Part shown: positions 43,498 to 52,885 of the stretch, piece after piece
Numbering within the stretch: the first letter of the stretch is position 1
Layout: every line of letters begins with the position of its first letter
Assembly (NCBI GenBank): GCA_045537045.1
Contig: JAZSOS010000043.1
Coordinates: forward strand, 13,452 to 77,451
DNA from: Eubacteriales bacterium
Lineage (GTDB): Bacteria > Bacillota > Clostridia > Oscillospirales > JAAYXM01
DNA: 64,000 nt
Direction: 5' to 3'
Notes under the pieces: generated by a model
Told to the model about the DNA's origin: nothing
The model's database searches: none
Seen by the model: the letters and a program-made list of their open reading frames with translations, nothing else
Program-made: the position numbers and the translations under genes

Positions 43498-45935
43498 GAA
43501 TAAGCAACGTATCATTTACATATCCCGGCAGGGAAAAAGCGGTGCTGTGCGATGTTTCTTTTTGCGCAAACTGCGGAGAGTTCATAACGCTGTGTGGAAA
43601 ATCCGGCTGCGGAAAAACAACTCTTCTGCGCCTTATGAAGCCGTCTGTCTCGCCTATCGGTGAATTTTCTGGGCAGATAACTATAACCGGCACGGATATA
43701 GCAAAGCTTTCCGAGCACGTCGAATGTGAAAAAATCGGATTTGTTATGCAATCTCCGGAAAATCAGATAGCAACGGATAAGGTCTGGCATGAGCTTGCTT
43801 TCGGTCTTGAAAGTCTGGGCGTAAGAAACGCGGAAATACGCGCTCGCGTTGCAGAAACAGCGGCGTTTTTTGGGATGGATTCGTGGTTTCACAAAAAAAC
43901 ATCAGAGCTTTCCGGCGGGCAGAAGCAGCTTCTTTGCCTTGCATCTATTATGGTTATGAATCCTTCCGTAATCATTCTCGACGAGCCGACAAGCCAGCTT
44001 GACCCCATTTCCGCAGGGGAGTTTTTAAGAACGCTTAAACGACTCAATATGGAGCTTGGTATAACCGTCATTTTGTCTGAGCAACGCCTTGAAGAGGCAC
44101 TTCCGCTCTCTGACAGAGTTGTTGTTCTCGATGACGGGAAAGTGATTGCGGATGGCACAGTTGATGAGATAAGCCGCGCCTTGGCTGCACTGAATCACCC
44201 AATGTGCCGCGCTCTTCCGACGCCTGTGCGCGTCCACTCGGTTCTTGACGGAAAATCACCGTGTCCCATAACTGTTTCGGAAGGAAAACGCTGGCTGACT
44301 GACTTTTCCGAGATGCATAGCTTTTCATCTGAATTTATATCTGTCGAAAATGCGTCCGAACCGGAGTGTATGCCTGCAATTGACGCCCGCGGAGTGTGTT
44401 TCGGATACTCGCGCGAGTGTCCTGACGTCGTGAAAAACCTGCATTTTAAGGCATATCCGGGGCAAATTTCTGCCATAGTCGGAGGTAACGGTGCGGGAAA
44501 GAGCACTGCACTCTCTCTTGTGGCAGGTTTGGAGACTTTACAGCACGGAGAGATACTGGTTTTCGGGAGCAAACTCTCAAAAACGAAGAATTTATATGAC
44601 GGAATGTTAGGATATATGCCGCAGGATGTTCAGACTCTTTTTGCTGAAAAAACGGTGCATGATGAGCTGTATGCGCTTCTTTCAAAAAAGGATACATCGG
44701 AAAATGATAAGAACGAAAGGATAAAAAACGTTATATCACTTTGCTCCTTGTCCGGCCTTGAGCTTTCTCATCCGTACGATTTGTCCGGAGGGGAACAGCA
44801 GCGTCTTGCGCTCGCGATGCTTCTGCTGCGCGAACCGCGCATCCTTCTTCTGGACGAGCCGACAAAAGGAATGGATGCAAGCTTCAAAGATGTTTTCGCC
44901 TCTCTTTTAAATACACTTAAATCACGCGGAGTTGCAATTGTAATGGTGTCGCATGATGTTGAGTTTTGCGCGGAATATGCTGATACCTGCTCTCTTTTCT
45001 TTGACGGAGCCGTTGTATCTTATGCACCTGCGCGAGAATTTTTTGTCGGTAAAAGCTTTTATACGACCTCGGCAAACCGTATGGCGCGAAAGTTGATTCC
45101 AAAAGCTGTTACTGCAGATGATATCATCAGAGCTTTTGGAGGTGAACTGCCTCCAAAGCCGCAGATTGATGCGGAATATCCGCCGAAAGGAAATAGTGAC
45201 TTAGGGAACGTAAAGTATAATAACTTTTCACCATCCAAGCTCTCGAACCGTCTGGTTTTAAGTATGATATTCTCTCTCGTTGCAATTGTCGCAACCGTTT
45301 ATTGGGGAGTTTTCGTTTTTGAAACCGGAAGGTATTATTTTCTCAGCTTACTTATAATTCTTGAGGCAATTGTTCCGTTCTGCCTTTCGTTTGAAAGGCG
45401 TAAACCTCGAGCGAGAGAGCTGATAACGGTAAGTGTTCTGTGTGCAGTCGCCGTTGCCGGACGTGCAGCATTTTTCATGGTGCCGCAGTTTAAGCCCGTT
45501 GCCGCAATAGTAATTATTGCGGGAGTAGCATTTGGCGGAGAATGCGGATTTCTTGTCGGCGCGATTTCCGGCTTTGCATCCAATTTCTTTTTTGGTCAGG
45601 GACCGTGGGCTCCGTGGCAGATGCTGGCTTTTGGAACGATAGGTCTGCTTGCAGGAGTGCTTTCCTCAATGCGCATATTAAAAAATAACCGCGTTCTTCT
45701 TTCTGTGTTCGGCTTTGCGGTAACTCTTGTAATATACGGCGGGCTTTTGAATCCCGCTTCTGTTCTTATGTGGCAACATAATCCTGGATTAGAAATGATT
45801 CTCTCATCATATATTGTGGGACTGCCGTTTGATATAATTCACGCCGCATCCACCGCATTCTTTTTGTGGTTTATCGCCTGCCCGATGCTTGAAAAGCTTG
45901 AGAGGATAAAAATAAAGTATAATGTTTTACGCTGA
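43485..45935 (+). CDS. Fused ECF ATPase A-A' plus C-terminal S-component-like membrane domain
   Basis: 816 aa; two Walker A (GKSGCGKTT, GGNGAGKST) and two LSGG signatures; residues ~590-816 have 5-6 TM helices with GQGPWAPWQM motif. Confidence 0.85.
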   Translation: MEELRISNVSFTYPGREKAVLCDVSFCANCGEFITLCGKSGCGKTTLLRLMKPSVSPIGEFSGQITITGTDIAKLSEHVECEKIGFVMQSPENQIATDKVWHELAFGLESLGVRNAEIRARVAETAAFFGMDSWFHKKTSELSGGQKQLLCLASIMVMNPSVIILDEPTSQLDPISAGEFLRTLKRLNMELGITVILSEQRLEEALPLSDRVVVLDDGKVIADGTVDEISRALAALNHPMCRALPTPVRVHSVLDGKSPCPITVSEGKRWLTDFSEMHSFSSEFISVENASEPECMPAIDARGVCFGYSRECPDVVKNLHFKAYPGQISAIVGGNGAGKSTALSLVAGLETLQHGEILVFGSKLSKTKNLYDGMLGYMPQDVQTLFAEKTVHDELYALLSKKDTSENDKNERIKNVISLCSLSGLELSHPYDLSGGEQQRLALAMLLLREPRILLLDEPTKGMDASFKDVFASLLNTLKSRGVAIVMVSHDVEFCAEYADTCSLFFDGAVVSYAPAREFFVGKSFYTTSANRMARKLIPKAVTADDIIRAFGGELPPKPQIDAEYPPKGNSDLGNVKYNNFSPSKLSNRLVLSMIFSLVAIVATVYWGVFVFETGRYYFLSLLIILEAIVPFCLSFERRKPRARELITVSVLCAVAVAGRAAFFMVPQFKPVAAIVIIAGVAFGGECGFLVGAISGFASNFFFGQGPWAPWQMLAFGTIGLLAGVLSSMRILKNNRVLLSVFGFAVTLVIYGGLLNPASVLMWQHNPGLEMILSSYIVGLPFDIIHAASTAFFLWFIACPMLEKLERIKIKYNVLR

Positions 45936-45944
45936 ATATAAACA

Positions 45945-45984
45945 AACCTGCGGTCAGGCTGATTGATTACAGCCTGACCGCAGG
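45945..45984. terminator. 16-bp bidirectional terminator hairpin between convergent genes
   Basis: ACCTGCGGTCAGGCTG / CAGCCTGACCGCAGGT. Confidence 0.75.
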
Positions 45985-46025
45985 TGCAATTTATAATTTA
46001 ATTCTTCAAAACTGAGTTACTGTGC

Positions 46026-46745
46026 TTACAGATTTTTTTCACAGAACTCGAGGTCTTCCATTGTGTTTACGCCATATATTTCGCAGGTGTCGCCGATTGT
46101 GTATGCATCAACTTTTTTGCCGTCGGCAATGAAAAGCTTCGGGACATCTGTGAGGTAGTACTCGCCCTGTGCGTTGTCGTTGCGGAGCTTTGAGAGGTTT
46201 TCAAAAAGTGCCTTGGAGTCAAAGACGTAAACGCCCACGTTAAGCTCTCTTATTGCCGCCTGCTCAGGCGTGCAGTCCTTTTGTTCAACGATATCTACGA
46301 TCTTTCCATTCTCGCGTATGATGCGTCCGTATGCAAGCTCGGACTCGGAAATTGCAGTAAGGAATGTGCAGTCCGCGCCGGACTCTTCATGCTGCTTTAC
46401 CATGTTTTCATATGTTTCTTTCTTCAGCATCGGCATATCTCCGTAAAGAACGAGAACGCTGCCGTCATAATCCTTGAAGAAATCCTTCGCGCTTGCAACT
46501 GCGTGCCCTGTGCCGAGCTGTTCTTCCTGTGTTGCAAACTTGTAATCGCCCTTCGTCTTTTCAATTACCATCTCGCGCTTGTAGCCGACAACAATAACCG
46601 TGTCCTCCTGCGGGATAAAGCTGATGTTGTCAAGAACATAGGAGAGAAGTGCGCGACCCTTTGCTTCACGCAAAACCTTGGGGGAATTGAACTTCTCACT
46701 CTGCAGTCTTTTTCCTTTTCCTGCTGCTAAAACTATTGCCTTCAT
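46026..46745 (-). CDS. Sugar-phosphate nucleotidyltransferase (GlmU N-terminal-domain-like, no acetyltransferase domain)
   Basis: MKAIVLAAGKGKRL...LGTGHAV motifs; ATG 46745 (track start TTG 46778). Confidence 0.75.
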   Translation of the reverse strand: MKAIVLAAGKGKRLQSEKFNSPKVLREAKGRALLSYVLDNISFIPQEDTVIVVGYKREMVIEKTKGDYKFATQEEQLGTGHAVASAKDFFKDYDGSVLVLYGDMPMLKKETYENMVKQHEESGADCTFLTAISESELAYGRIIRENGKIVDIVEQKDCTPEQAAIRELNVGVYVFDSKALFENLSKLRNDNAQGEYYLTDVPKLFIADGKKVDAYTIGDTCEIYGVNTMEDLEFCEKNL

Positions 46746-46764
46746 TTTATGTAAACTTCCTTTC

Positions 46765-47292
46765 TTAAGCACGAACAAGTGCTTCTGTTATTTCGCAGAT
46801 ATACATCTTGTGATAGGTGTCACCGTCATACCATTTAAGCGGCGCTTTGTCAAGAAACTCAAAGTCTTCGACATTTGCAGTGCATATCTTCTTACAGTTT
46901 AAAATTATTCTTGCCTCATCAAATCCCACACCGCCGGCATCAAGTGTGATAGGGGAGAGTTTGCATTCTTTCGCTTTGTCGATATCTCTGCCACTTTTTT
47001 TGCCGCAGAGATTTAAAACCTCGCGATAGTCCTCGGTGAAAAAGTTAAGCGACATCTCATCGAGCTTTTCTGTAAACTCATATGTGTATCTTGTGGGACG
47101 GATAAAAACAAACGCAACATGCTTCATCCAGAGATATCCGACACCAAGCCAGTTGGCTGTCATCATATTATAATTGTCGGTATCTCCTGCAGTGATGAGT
47201 GTCCAGTCTTTTGCAATAAGCTTAAACATATTGTCAGAAAGCTGTTCGGGATTTACAGATTTAAAACCGTTCAAAAAATTCACCTCATACAT
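46765..47292 (-). CDS. Flavin reductase-like (FMN-binding split-barrel) protein
   Basis: 175 aa; pattern typical of flavin reductase-like domain proteins. Confidence 0.6.
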   Translation of the reverse strand: MYEVNFLNGFKSVNPEQLSDNMFKLIAKDWTLITAGDTDNYNMMTANWLGVGYLWMKHVAFVFIRPTRYTYEFTEKLDEMSLNFFTEDYREVLNLCGKKSGRDIDKAKECKLSPITLDAGGVGFDEARIILNCKKICTANVEDFEFLDKAPLKWYDGDTYHKMYICEITEALVRA

Positions 47293-47450
47293 TTTTTCTT
47301 CTCTAATAAGTATATCAGCAATTTTGTGGTTTTACAAGTGTTTGATTGCAAAAAAGTACGTGCTTTTTTAAAAATCTCTTGCCTTTTGCATAATTGTACG
47401 CTTCTTTTGCACTAAAAGACGGACTTGGGATGCAAAGTTTAAGCTTTATA

Positions 47451-47483
47451 TGTAAAGAACCACCCATCGGGTGGTTCTTTACA
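47451..47483. terminator. Terminator hairpin after sigF
   Basis: TGTAAAGAACCACCC / GGGTGGTTCTTTACA. Confidence 0.7.
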
Positions 47484-48180
47484 TATATTCCCGCAGATTT
47501 TTCAGTGCTGTACGCTCAATTCTTGATACCTGTACCTGAGATATGTTCATAACCTTAGCTGTTTGTTGTTGGGTCATGCAACGGAAAAAACGCAGCATTA
47601 TAACAACCCGCTCACGCTGCGCAAGCTTTTCTATCGCCTGTGAAAGTGTTATATATTCGAGAGTGTTGTCCTCGATTCCATGATTTCCGAGAAGCTCCTC
47701 CAACGTTTGCCCATCCTCGGTTATTTCGCGGTCTAGCGACGCTGTTTGTGCCGTTGCACATTCTGCCTGTGCAATTTCTTCAGATGTAAGTCCGGTCTCT
47801 GCAGAAAGCTCGGAAAGCGTTGCTTCCCGCCCGAGACGGACACAAAGTTCAGCGGCGGCACGGCGTGTTTTTGCGGCATTTTCTTTAAGGGTTCGGCTTA
47901 CTTTTACTGTTCCGTCATCACGCAAAAATCTGCGTATTTCTCCGGTTATCTTAGGAACGGCATATGTTGAGAACTGATTTCCCAGACTGTCATCGAAGCC
48001 GTGAACCGCTTTTATCAGACCTACGCATCCAAGCTGATATAAATCATCTGCATCCGTTCCGCGTCCCAGAAAACGCTTCACGATACTCCATACAAGAGGG
48101 GAGTTTTCGCGTATTATCTGTTCAAACGCTTCTTCGCTTCCTTCCTTTGCTTTAAGTATGAGCTCAACTGTTTTTGTCAC
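47479..48180 (-). CDS. sigF: Sporulation sigma factor SigF
   Basis: Sigma-70 regions 2-4; third gene of spoIIA-type operon. Confidence 0.9.
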   Translation of the reverse strand: MTKTVELILKAKEGSEEAFEQIIRENSPLVWSIVKRFLGRGTDADDLYQLGCVGLIKAVHGFDDSLGNQFSTYAVPKITGEIRRFLRDDGTVKVSRTLKENAAKTRRAAAELCVRLGREATLSELSAETGLTSEEIAQAECATAQTASLDREITEDGQTLEELLGNHGIEDNTLEYITLSQAIEKLAQRERVVIMLRFFRCMTQQQTAKVMNISQVQVSRIERTALKNLREYM

Positions 48181-48622
48181 GTGTCGCTCCTCCGGCGCGC
48201 ATTGAAATTTTCTTTCGCATCGTAACGGTTGTTCCTTTTCCGCTCACGGAGCGTATTTTAAGATTATCCGTAAAGCTTTCCATTATCGTAAAACCCATAC
48301 CGGAACGGTCATCTCCGCCGGTGGTGAACATAGGGGTTTTCGCTTGCTCGATATCGCTTATTCCGAGTCCTCGGTCGCGTACTGAAATTTCAAATAAGTT
48401 GTTCTCTAAAATCCTTAGCTTTATGTAGATTTTCCCTACGCAGTCGGGATAAGCGTGAACTATGCAGTTTGTAACAGCTTCACTTACTGCAGTTTTTATA
48501 TCGCCTATCTCTTCAAGCGTAGGGTCAAGCTGTGCCGCAAAAGCGGCAACTGCGGCGCGGGCATAGCCTTCATTTGAAGATTTGCTCGGAAAAGTCAGGG
48601 TTACTTCATTTGTAATTTTCAT
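48164..48622 (-). CDS. spoIIAB: Anti-sigma F factor (serine kinase)
   Basis: HATPase_c motifs (NCIVHAY, DRGLGI, GMGF); operon context. Confidence 0.9.
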   Translation of the reverse strand: MKITNEVTLTFPSKSSNEGYARAAVAAFAAQLDPTLEEIGDIKTAVSEAVTNCIVHAYPDCVGKIYIKLRILENNLFEISVRDRGLGISDIEQAKTPMFTTGGDDRSGMGFTIMESFTDNLKIRSVSGKGTTVTMRKKISMRAGGATRDKNS

Positions 48623-48634
48623 AGGTAATCTCCT

Positions 48635-48967
48635 TTATACGTTTACTTTGTCTTTTTCCCGTTCGGAAATATTCAGAAGTTTGCATATTCCCGCAGCGGA
48701 GAAAACTTTATATGCCTGCTTAGATACGTTTATCACGCAAAAGCTGCTGCCGACGGAAACAGCTCTTTTGTATGCACCGATTACAAGTGCGATTCCCGAG
48801 CTGTCCATAAAGCTGACCCGCTCAAAATCAATAACAAGCCTTACGGGAAGTTCTATATCCGTTATTGCTGCAATTTCCGGAATGGCCCGCCGCGCTGCGT
48901 GATGGTCAAGCTCTCCTGAAAGAATTATTTTAAGCTCACCGCCGCTTCTCTCTGATGATACCTTCAT
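48635..48967 (-). CDS. spoIIAA: Anti-sigma F factor antagonist (STAS)
   Basis: 110 aa; FMDSSGI phosphorylatable Ser motif. Confidence 0.9.
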   Translation of the reverse strand: MKVSSERSGGELKIILSGELDHHAARRAIPEIAAITDIELPVRLVIDFERVSFMDSSGIALVIGAYKRAVSVGSSFCVINVSKQAYKVFSAAGICKLLNISEREKDKVNV

Positions 48968-49050
48968 TTTGCACGTCCTTTCTGTTTCTTGCTATAAGTT
49001 ATAATACACCAGATTTTGTGCGATATATGTAAAATTCTGGAGACAAAACA

Positions 49051-49078
49051 AAAAAATCCCCCGGATGGGGGATTTTTT
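49051..49078. terminator. Terminator after HtrA-like gene
   Basis: AAAAAATCCCCC-ggat-GGGGGATTTTTT. Confidence 0.8.
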
Positions 49079-49090
49079 AGCTATTGTTTA

Positions 49091-50527
49091 TTAACTTGCT
49101 TCGGATTGGGCGGTTGATAGTGTCGCTTCATCCATAAGGATAACCTCAATATCAACTTCCTGTGAGTTTCTGTAAATCGTAAGAGTTACCTTATCACCGG
49201 CTGTAAAGTTGTCGCGTATTTTCTTAATTTCAGCGGTGGAGGAAAGCGCAGTGCCGTTCATCTTCGTTATGATGTCGCCGCGTCTGATTCCTTTCTTGAA
49301 TGCATCGGAATACGGGTGAACGTAATCAATGAGAAGACCGGCAGGGAGTCCATAGAACATAGAGTCGCGCTCACTCAGCGTCGTTCCGCTGATTCCGATT
49401 GAAGGACGGCCTTTTACATAGCCTCGCGAAATAAGCTCATCTATTATCGGTTTTGCCGTATTTATCGGAATTGCAAATCCGAGCCCTTCGTAGTATGATA
49501 TACCGACCTTTACGGTGTTAATACCTATTACCTGACCAAATTCATTGACAAGAGGCCCGCCGGAGTTTCCAGGGTTTATGGATGCATCCGTCTGGATAAG
49601 AGTCATTGTTCTGTCCTCGACGATTATGTCGCGGTTTATTGCGGAAATTATGCCGTAGGTAACAGTGTTCTGAAGCTGAAGTCCTGCAGGGTTTCCTATC
49701 GCAATTGCCGGATCGCCCTGCTCAAGCTTGTCGGAATCGCCGAACTCTGCCGCTTTAAGTCCTGTTGCATTTACCTTGATTACTGCAAGGTCAGAGCGTG
49801 AATCCGAGCCGATAAGGCGTGCGTCGTACGTTTCACCATTGTCAAGAACAACCTGAATGGTTGTCATGCCTTCAATTACGTGGTTATTCGTGATTATATA
49901 TCCGTCCTCGGACATGATGATGCCTGAACCCACGGAAGACGATGAGAAGTTTGCAGAGCTTTGGCAGGTAACGCCGACAACGGATGCACGTACCTTTTCG
50001 GATACCTGCTTGACCGTAAGAGCACCATCTGTGGTTTTCGCGCCTTCGGATTTCGGAGATTCGTTTATAGTTAGGTGCTCATCAACCAATTGCTCGTCAA
50101 CAAAATTCTCTATCGCACCATGGGGGTTAACAGGTGCGTCTGAGTGGGAGAACTTAAGGAAAGCTACGATAAGAGTAGCAGAGATTATAAGATACAGTGC
50201 GCCGATAACACATATAAGAACTACCACCCACGTCGGAGTTCTTCTTGATGTGTATTGCATGTTTATCGGACCGTGTGCGGCGTAAGCACCGTTGTCAAAG
50301 GGCGGGGGAGTCGGCTGCCCGGAAAAGGACTCCTGCTGTGTCTGTTCCTCGGTAGGCTTTTCTTCGCCCGGCACCGCCTGTTCTTCAGAGTTGATTTTTG
50401 CTTCTGTTGCCTCCGAAGTTTCGTCGTTGGGAAGAACAGTAGCCTCAGCTTCGGCTTCGTCATTTACGGCAGGAACGGTGTTTTCTTCGTTTTCGCCGTT
50501 TTGGTTGTTCATTAATTCATCGTTCAT
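49091..50527 (-). CDS. HtrA/DegP-family serine protease with PDZ domain, acidic N-terminal extension and TM anchor
   Basis: TNNHV, DLAVIK, GNSGGPL catalytic triad motifs; C-terminal PDZ. Confidence 0.9.
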   Translation of the reverse strand: MNDELMNNQNGENEENTVPAVNDEAEAEATVLPNDETSEATEAKINSEEQAVPGEEKPTEEQTQQESFSGQPTPPPFDNGAYAAHGPINMQYTSRRTPTWVVVLICVIGALYLIISATLIVAFLKFSHSDAPVNPHGAIENFVDEQLVDEHLTINESPKSEGAKTTDGALTVKQVSEKVRASVVGVTCQSSANFSSSSVGSGIIMSEDGYIITNNHVIEGMTTIQVVLDNGETYDARLIGSDSRSDLAVIKVNATGLKAAEFGDSDKLEQGDPAIAIGNPAGLQLQNTVTYGIISAINRDIIVEDRTMTLIQTDASINPGNSGGPLVNEFGQVIGINTVKVGISYYEGLGFAIPINTAKPIIDELISRGYVKGRPSIGISGTTLSERDSMFYGLPAGLLIDYVHPYSDAFKKGIRRGDIITKMNGTALSSTAEIKKIRDNFTAGDKVTLTIYRNSQEVDIEVILMDEATLSTAQSEAS

Positions 50528-50563
50528 TTCAAGATCCTCCTTGTGTTTTATGCGTTGGCACTG

Positions 50564-51988
50564 TCAGCCTTGTGTATATCGGCGTACGGAAACCGTAAAA
50601 GAAAATTCAGTATATCCGTTTTCGCTGACTGCCCATATCTTGCCTTTATGCTGGTTGATTATCGTTTTTGCAATATACAGCCCCAGCCCCAGCCCGCTTT
50701 TGTCTTTAGAACGCGAGCTGTCCGTTTTATGAAATCTGTCAAATACATATTTTAACTGTTCTTTCGGGATTTCCGCGCCATAGTTGCGCACGGAAAACGT
50801 AAGCTTATCTCCTTTTTCAAATGCTTTGATATCAACTGCGCAATTCGTTTCCGAAAACTTTATTGCATTGTCAATAAGATTATACACTACCTGATAAAGC
50901 GCATCTTCGTTCGCAAAAATATTTATCGTATGCGACGGGATTTCAATGTTCAATGAAATCTGTCGTTCTCCCGCGCGTTGTTCAAAGCTTATTGCCGCGC
51001 GCCGCAAAAGCTCGCAGAAGTCAAAAGTCGTGCTTTCGGCAGTTATATCCTTGGCCTGAAGGATCGTTATCTCAAGCATTCTGCTTACCAGCCGTGAAAG
51101 TCTGTGCACCTCGTCTGAAACTATCTGCAGATACCGCTCGCGCCGGTCTTCCGGAATTGTTCCGTCAAGCATCCCGTCAACAAAGCCGCTTATGGAAGTC
51201 ATCGGCGAACGAAGCTCGTGTGAGACATTAGCCACAAATCCACGTCTTAAGTCCTCTGATTTTTCCAGGGAGTCCGCCATGTTGTTAAACGCGTGTGTCA
51301 GCTCTCCGATTTCGTCACTTGAATATACCGGAACACGGGTTGAGAAATCTCCGTGTGCAAATCTTCTTGAGGCTGCAGCTATCTGCTTTAGCGGACGTGT
51401 CATTTTTCTTATAACGAAGTATGACGCAAAGGCAGTGAGGATAAACACCGCAATGGATAAAAGCAGAAAGAGGTTTCTGACGTATGTTGTAAGCATCTGT
51501 ATATACTGGATGGATGTTGTCACATAGACGTAAGCGATGGGTTCGCCTGCATCGTTTTTCGTAACAAGCCCCACCGTGTAGTTTTCGCCTTTGTACAACC
51601 CGTCAAGAGTTCCCGTTGCCGAATACTCCTCCGACGTAAGCGTTTTTTCAAGGATATTTGAGCTTACACGGGAATTCATATATTTGTTTCCGCGTATGTC
51701 TGATGTCAGGAAAATCTGTCCGTTTGTATCGCACACGATAACGTGTATCTGTGCATCATTCGTCATAGATGCAAGAACCGTCTTTATCATTTGCTCATGT
51801 GTTATGGAGTGGTTGTAATAAAGTTCTTCGGTCATGACCGAGACTCGCTGCGCCGCTCGTTGGAGAGAGTGGTGCTTTTCCGTGACGGAATAGTTGTACA
51901 TCTGGAAAGACAGACCAACGCCGACCACCAGAAGACACGCCATCATCGGAATGGCAATCATCAGAAAATATTTATAAAGAAGCTTCAC
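50564..51988 (-). CDS. Sensor histidine kinase (2 TM, HAMP, HisKA, HATPase)
   Basis: FVANVSHELRSP H-box; N, G1, G2 boxes. Confidence 0.9.
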   Translation of the reverse strand: MKLLYKYFLMIAIPMMACLLVVGVGLSFQMYNYSVTEKHHSLQRAAQRVSVMTEELYYNHSITHEQMIKTVLASMTNDAQIHVIVCDTNGQIFLTSDIRGNKYMNSRVSSNILEKTLTSEEYSATGTLDGLYKGENYTVGLVTKNDAGEPIAYVYVTTSIQYIQMLTTYVRNLFLLLSIAVFILTAFASYFVIRKMTRPLKQIAAASRRFAHGDFSTRVPVYSSDEIGELTHAFNNMADSLEKSEDLRRGFVANVSHELRSPMTSISGFVDGMLDGTIPEDRRERYLQIVSDEVHRLSRLVSRMLEITILQAKDITAESTTFDFCELLRRAAISFEQRAGERQISLNIEIPSHTINIFANEDALYQVVYNLIDNAIKFSETNCAVDIKAFEKGDKLTFSVRNYGAEIPKEQLKYVFDRFHKTDSSRSKDKSGLGLGLYIAKTIINQHKGKIWAVSENGYTEFSFTVSVRRYTQG

Positions 51989-51999
51989 GGTTCACTTCC

Positions 52000-52698
52000 T
52001 CATTTGTCAGGGGTAAGCTCAAACTTATACCCGACACCCCAGACGGTTTTGAGCGACCACCGCTCGCTCGCTCCGTCTATTTTTTCACGCAGACGCTTGA
52101 CGTGTACGTCAACGGTTCTCGAATCGCCGAAGTATTCAAAGCCCCATACATCGTCAAGAAGCTGGTTGCGCGTGAAAACTCTGTTCGGATGCGATGCCAG
52201 ATAGTTCAGAAGCTCAAGCTCCTTCGGTGGCATATCCACTTTCTTTCCACGGATAAGAACCTCGTATGCAGACATATTTATGGAAAGATTGTCAAAGTTC
52301 TTGATGTCCGCACTCTCTGCATTTTCGTCGCACGGAGTATATCTCCGCAGCACGGCGTGAATACGTGCAATAACCTCTTTCATATCAAAAGGCTTTGAAA
52401 TATAGTCGTCCGCTCCCAGCTCAAGTCCGGTTACCTTGTCGGAGGTTTCATCCTTTGCCGTAAGCATTATTATAGGCGTTTTGTCATTTTTGCGGATTTC
52501 GCGGCAGACCTCCCAACCGTCCATTTCGGGGAGCATTATGTCAAGTAAAACTATGTCGGGGCGGATGTTGAAAAAAGTATCAACGCCTCGCCGTCCGTCA
52601 GATGCAAGCGTTACGGCAAAGCCGTCCTTCTCAAGATAAAGGCGTATAAGCTCTGCTATGTTCGCATCATCTTCAATAATAAGTACACGTGTGGGCAT
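52000..52698 (-). CDS. OmpR-family response regulator
   Basis: VLIIEDD...LLDIMLP receiver; winged-helix C-terminus; ATG 52698 with GGAGGG RBS. Confidence 0.9.
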   Translation of the reverse strand: MPTRVLIIEDDANIAELIRLYLEKDGFAVTLASDGRRGVDTFFNIRPDIVLLDIMLPEMDGWEVCREIRKNDKTPIIMLTAKDETSDKVTGLELGADDYISKPFDMKEVIARIHAVLRRYTPCDENAESADIKNFDNLSINMSAYEVLIRGKKVDMPPKELELLNYLASHPNRVFTRNQLLDDVWGFEYFGDSRTVDVHVKRLREKIDGASERWSLKTVWGVGYKFELTPDK

Positions 52699-52885
52699 AA
52701 TATATCCCTCCTTCTGATTTATATTATACACCATATAAATTGGAAATAGTTAATAATTTGTAAAACGTTGAGTAAAAATGCGTGAACATGCAAATAAAGA
52801 CACCATTTTTTTTACATATCGCTTGCATTTTACTATACATATATGATAAAATAATATGAAATGTAAAATTAAGGATTGTTTGTAT

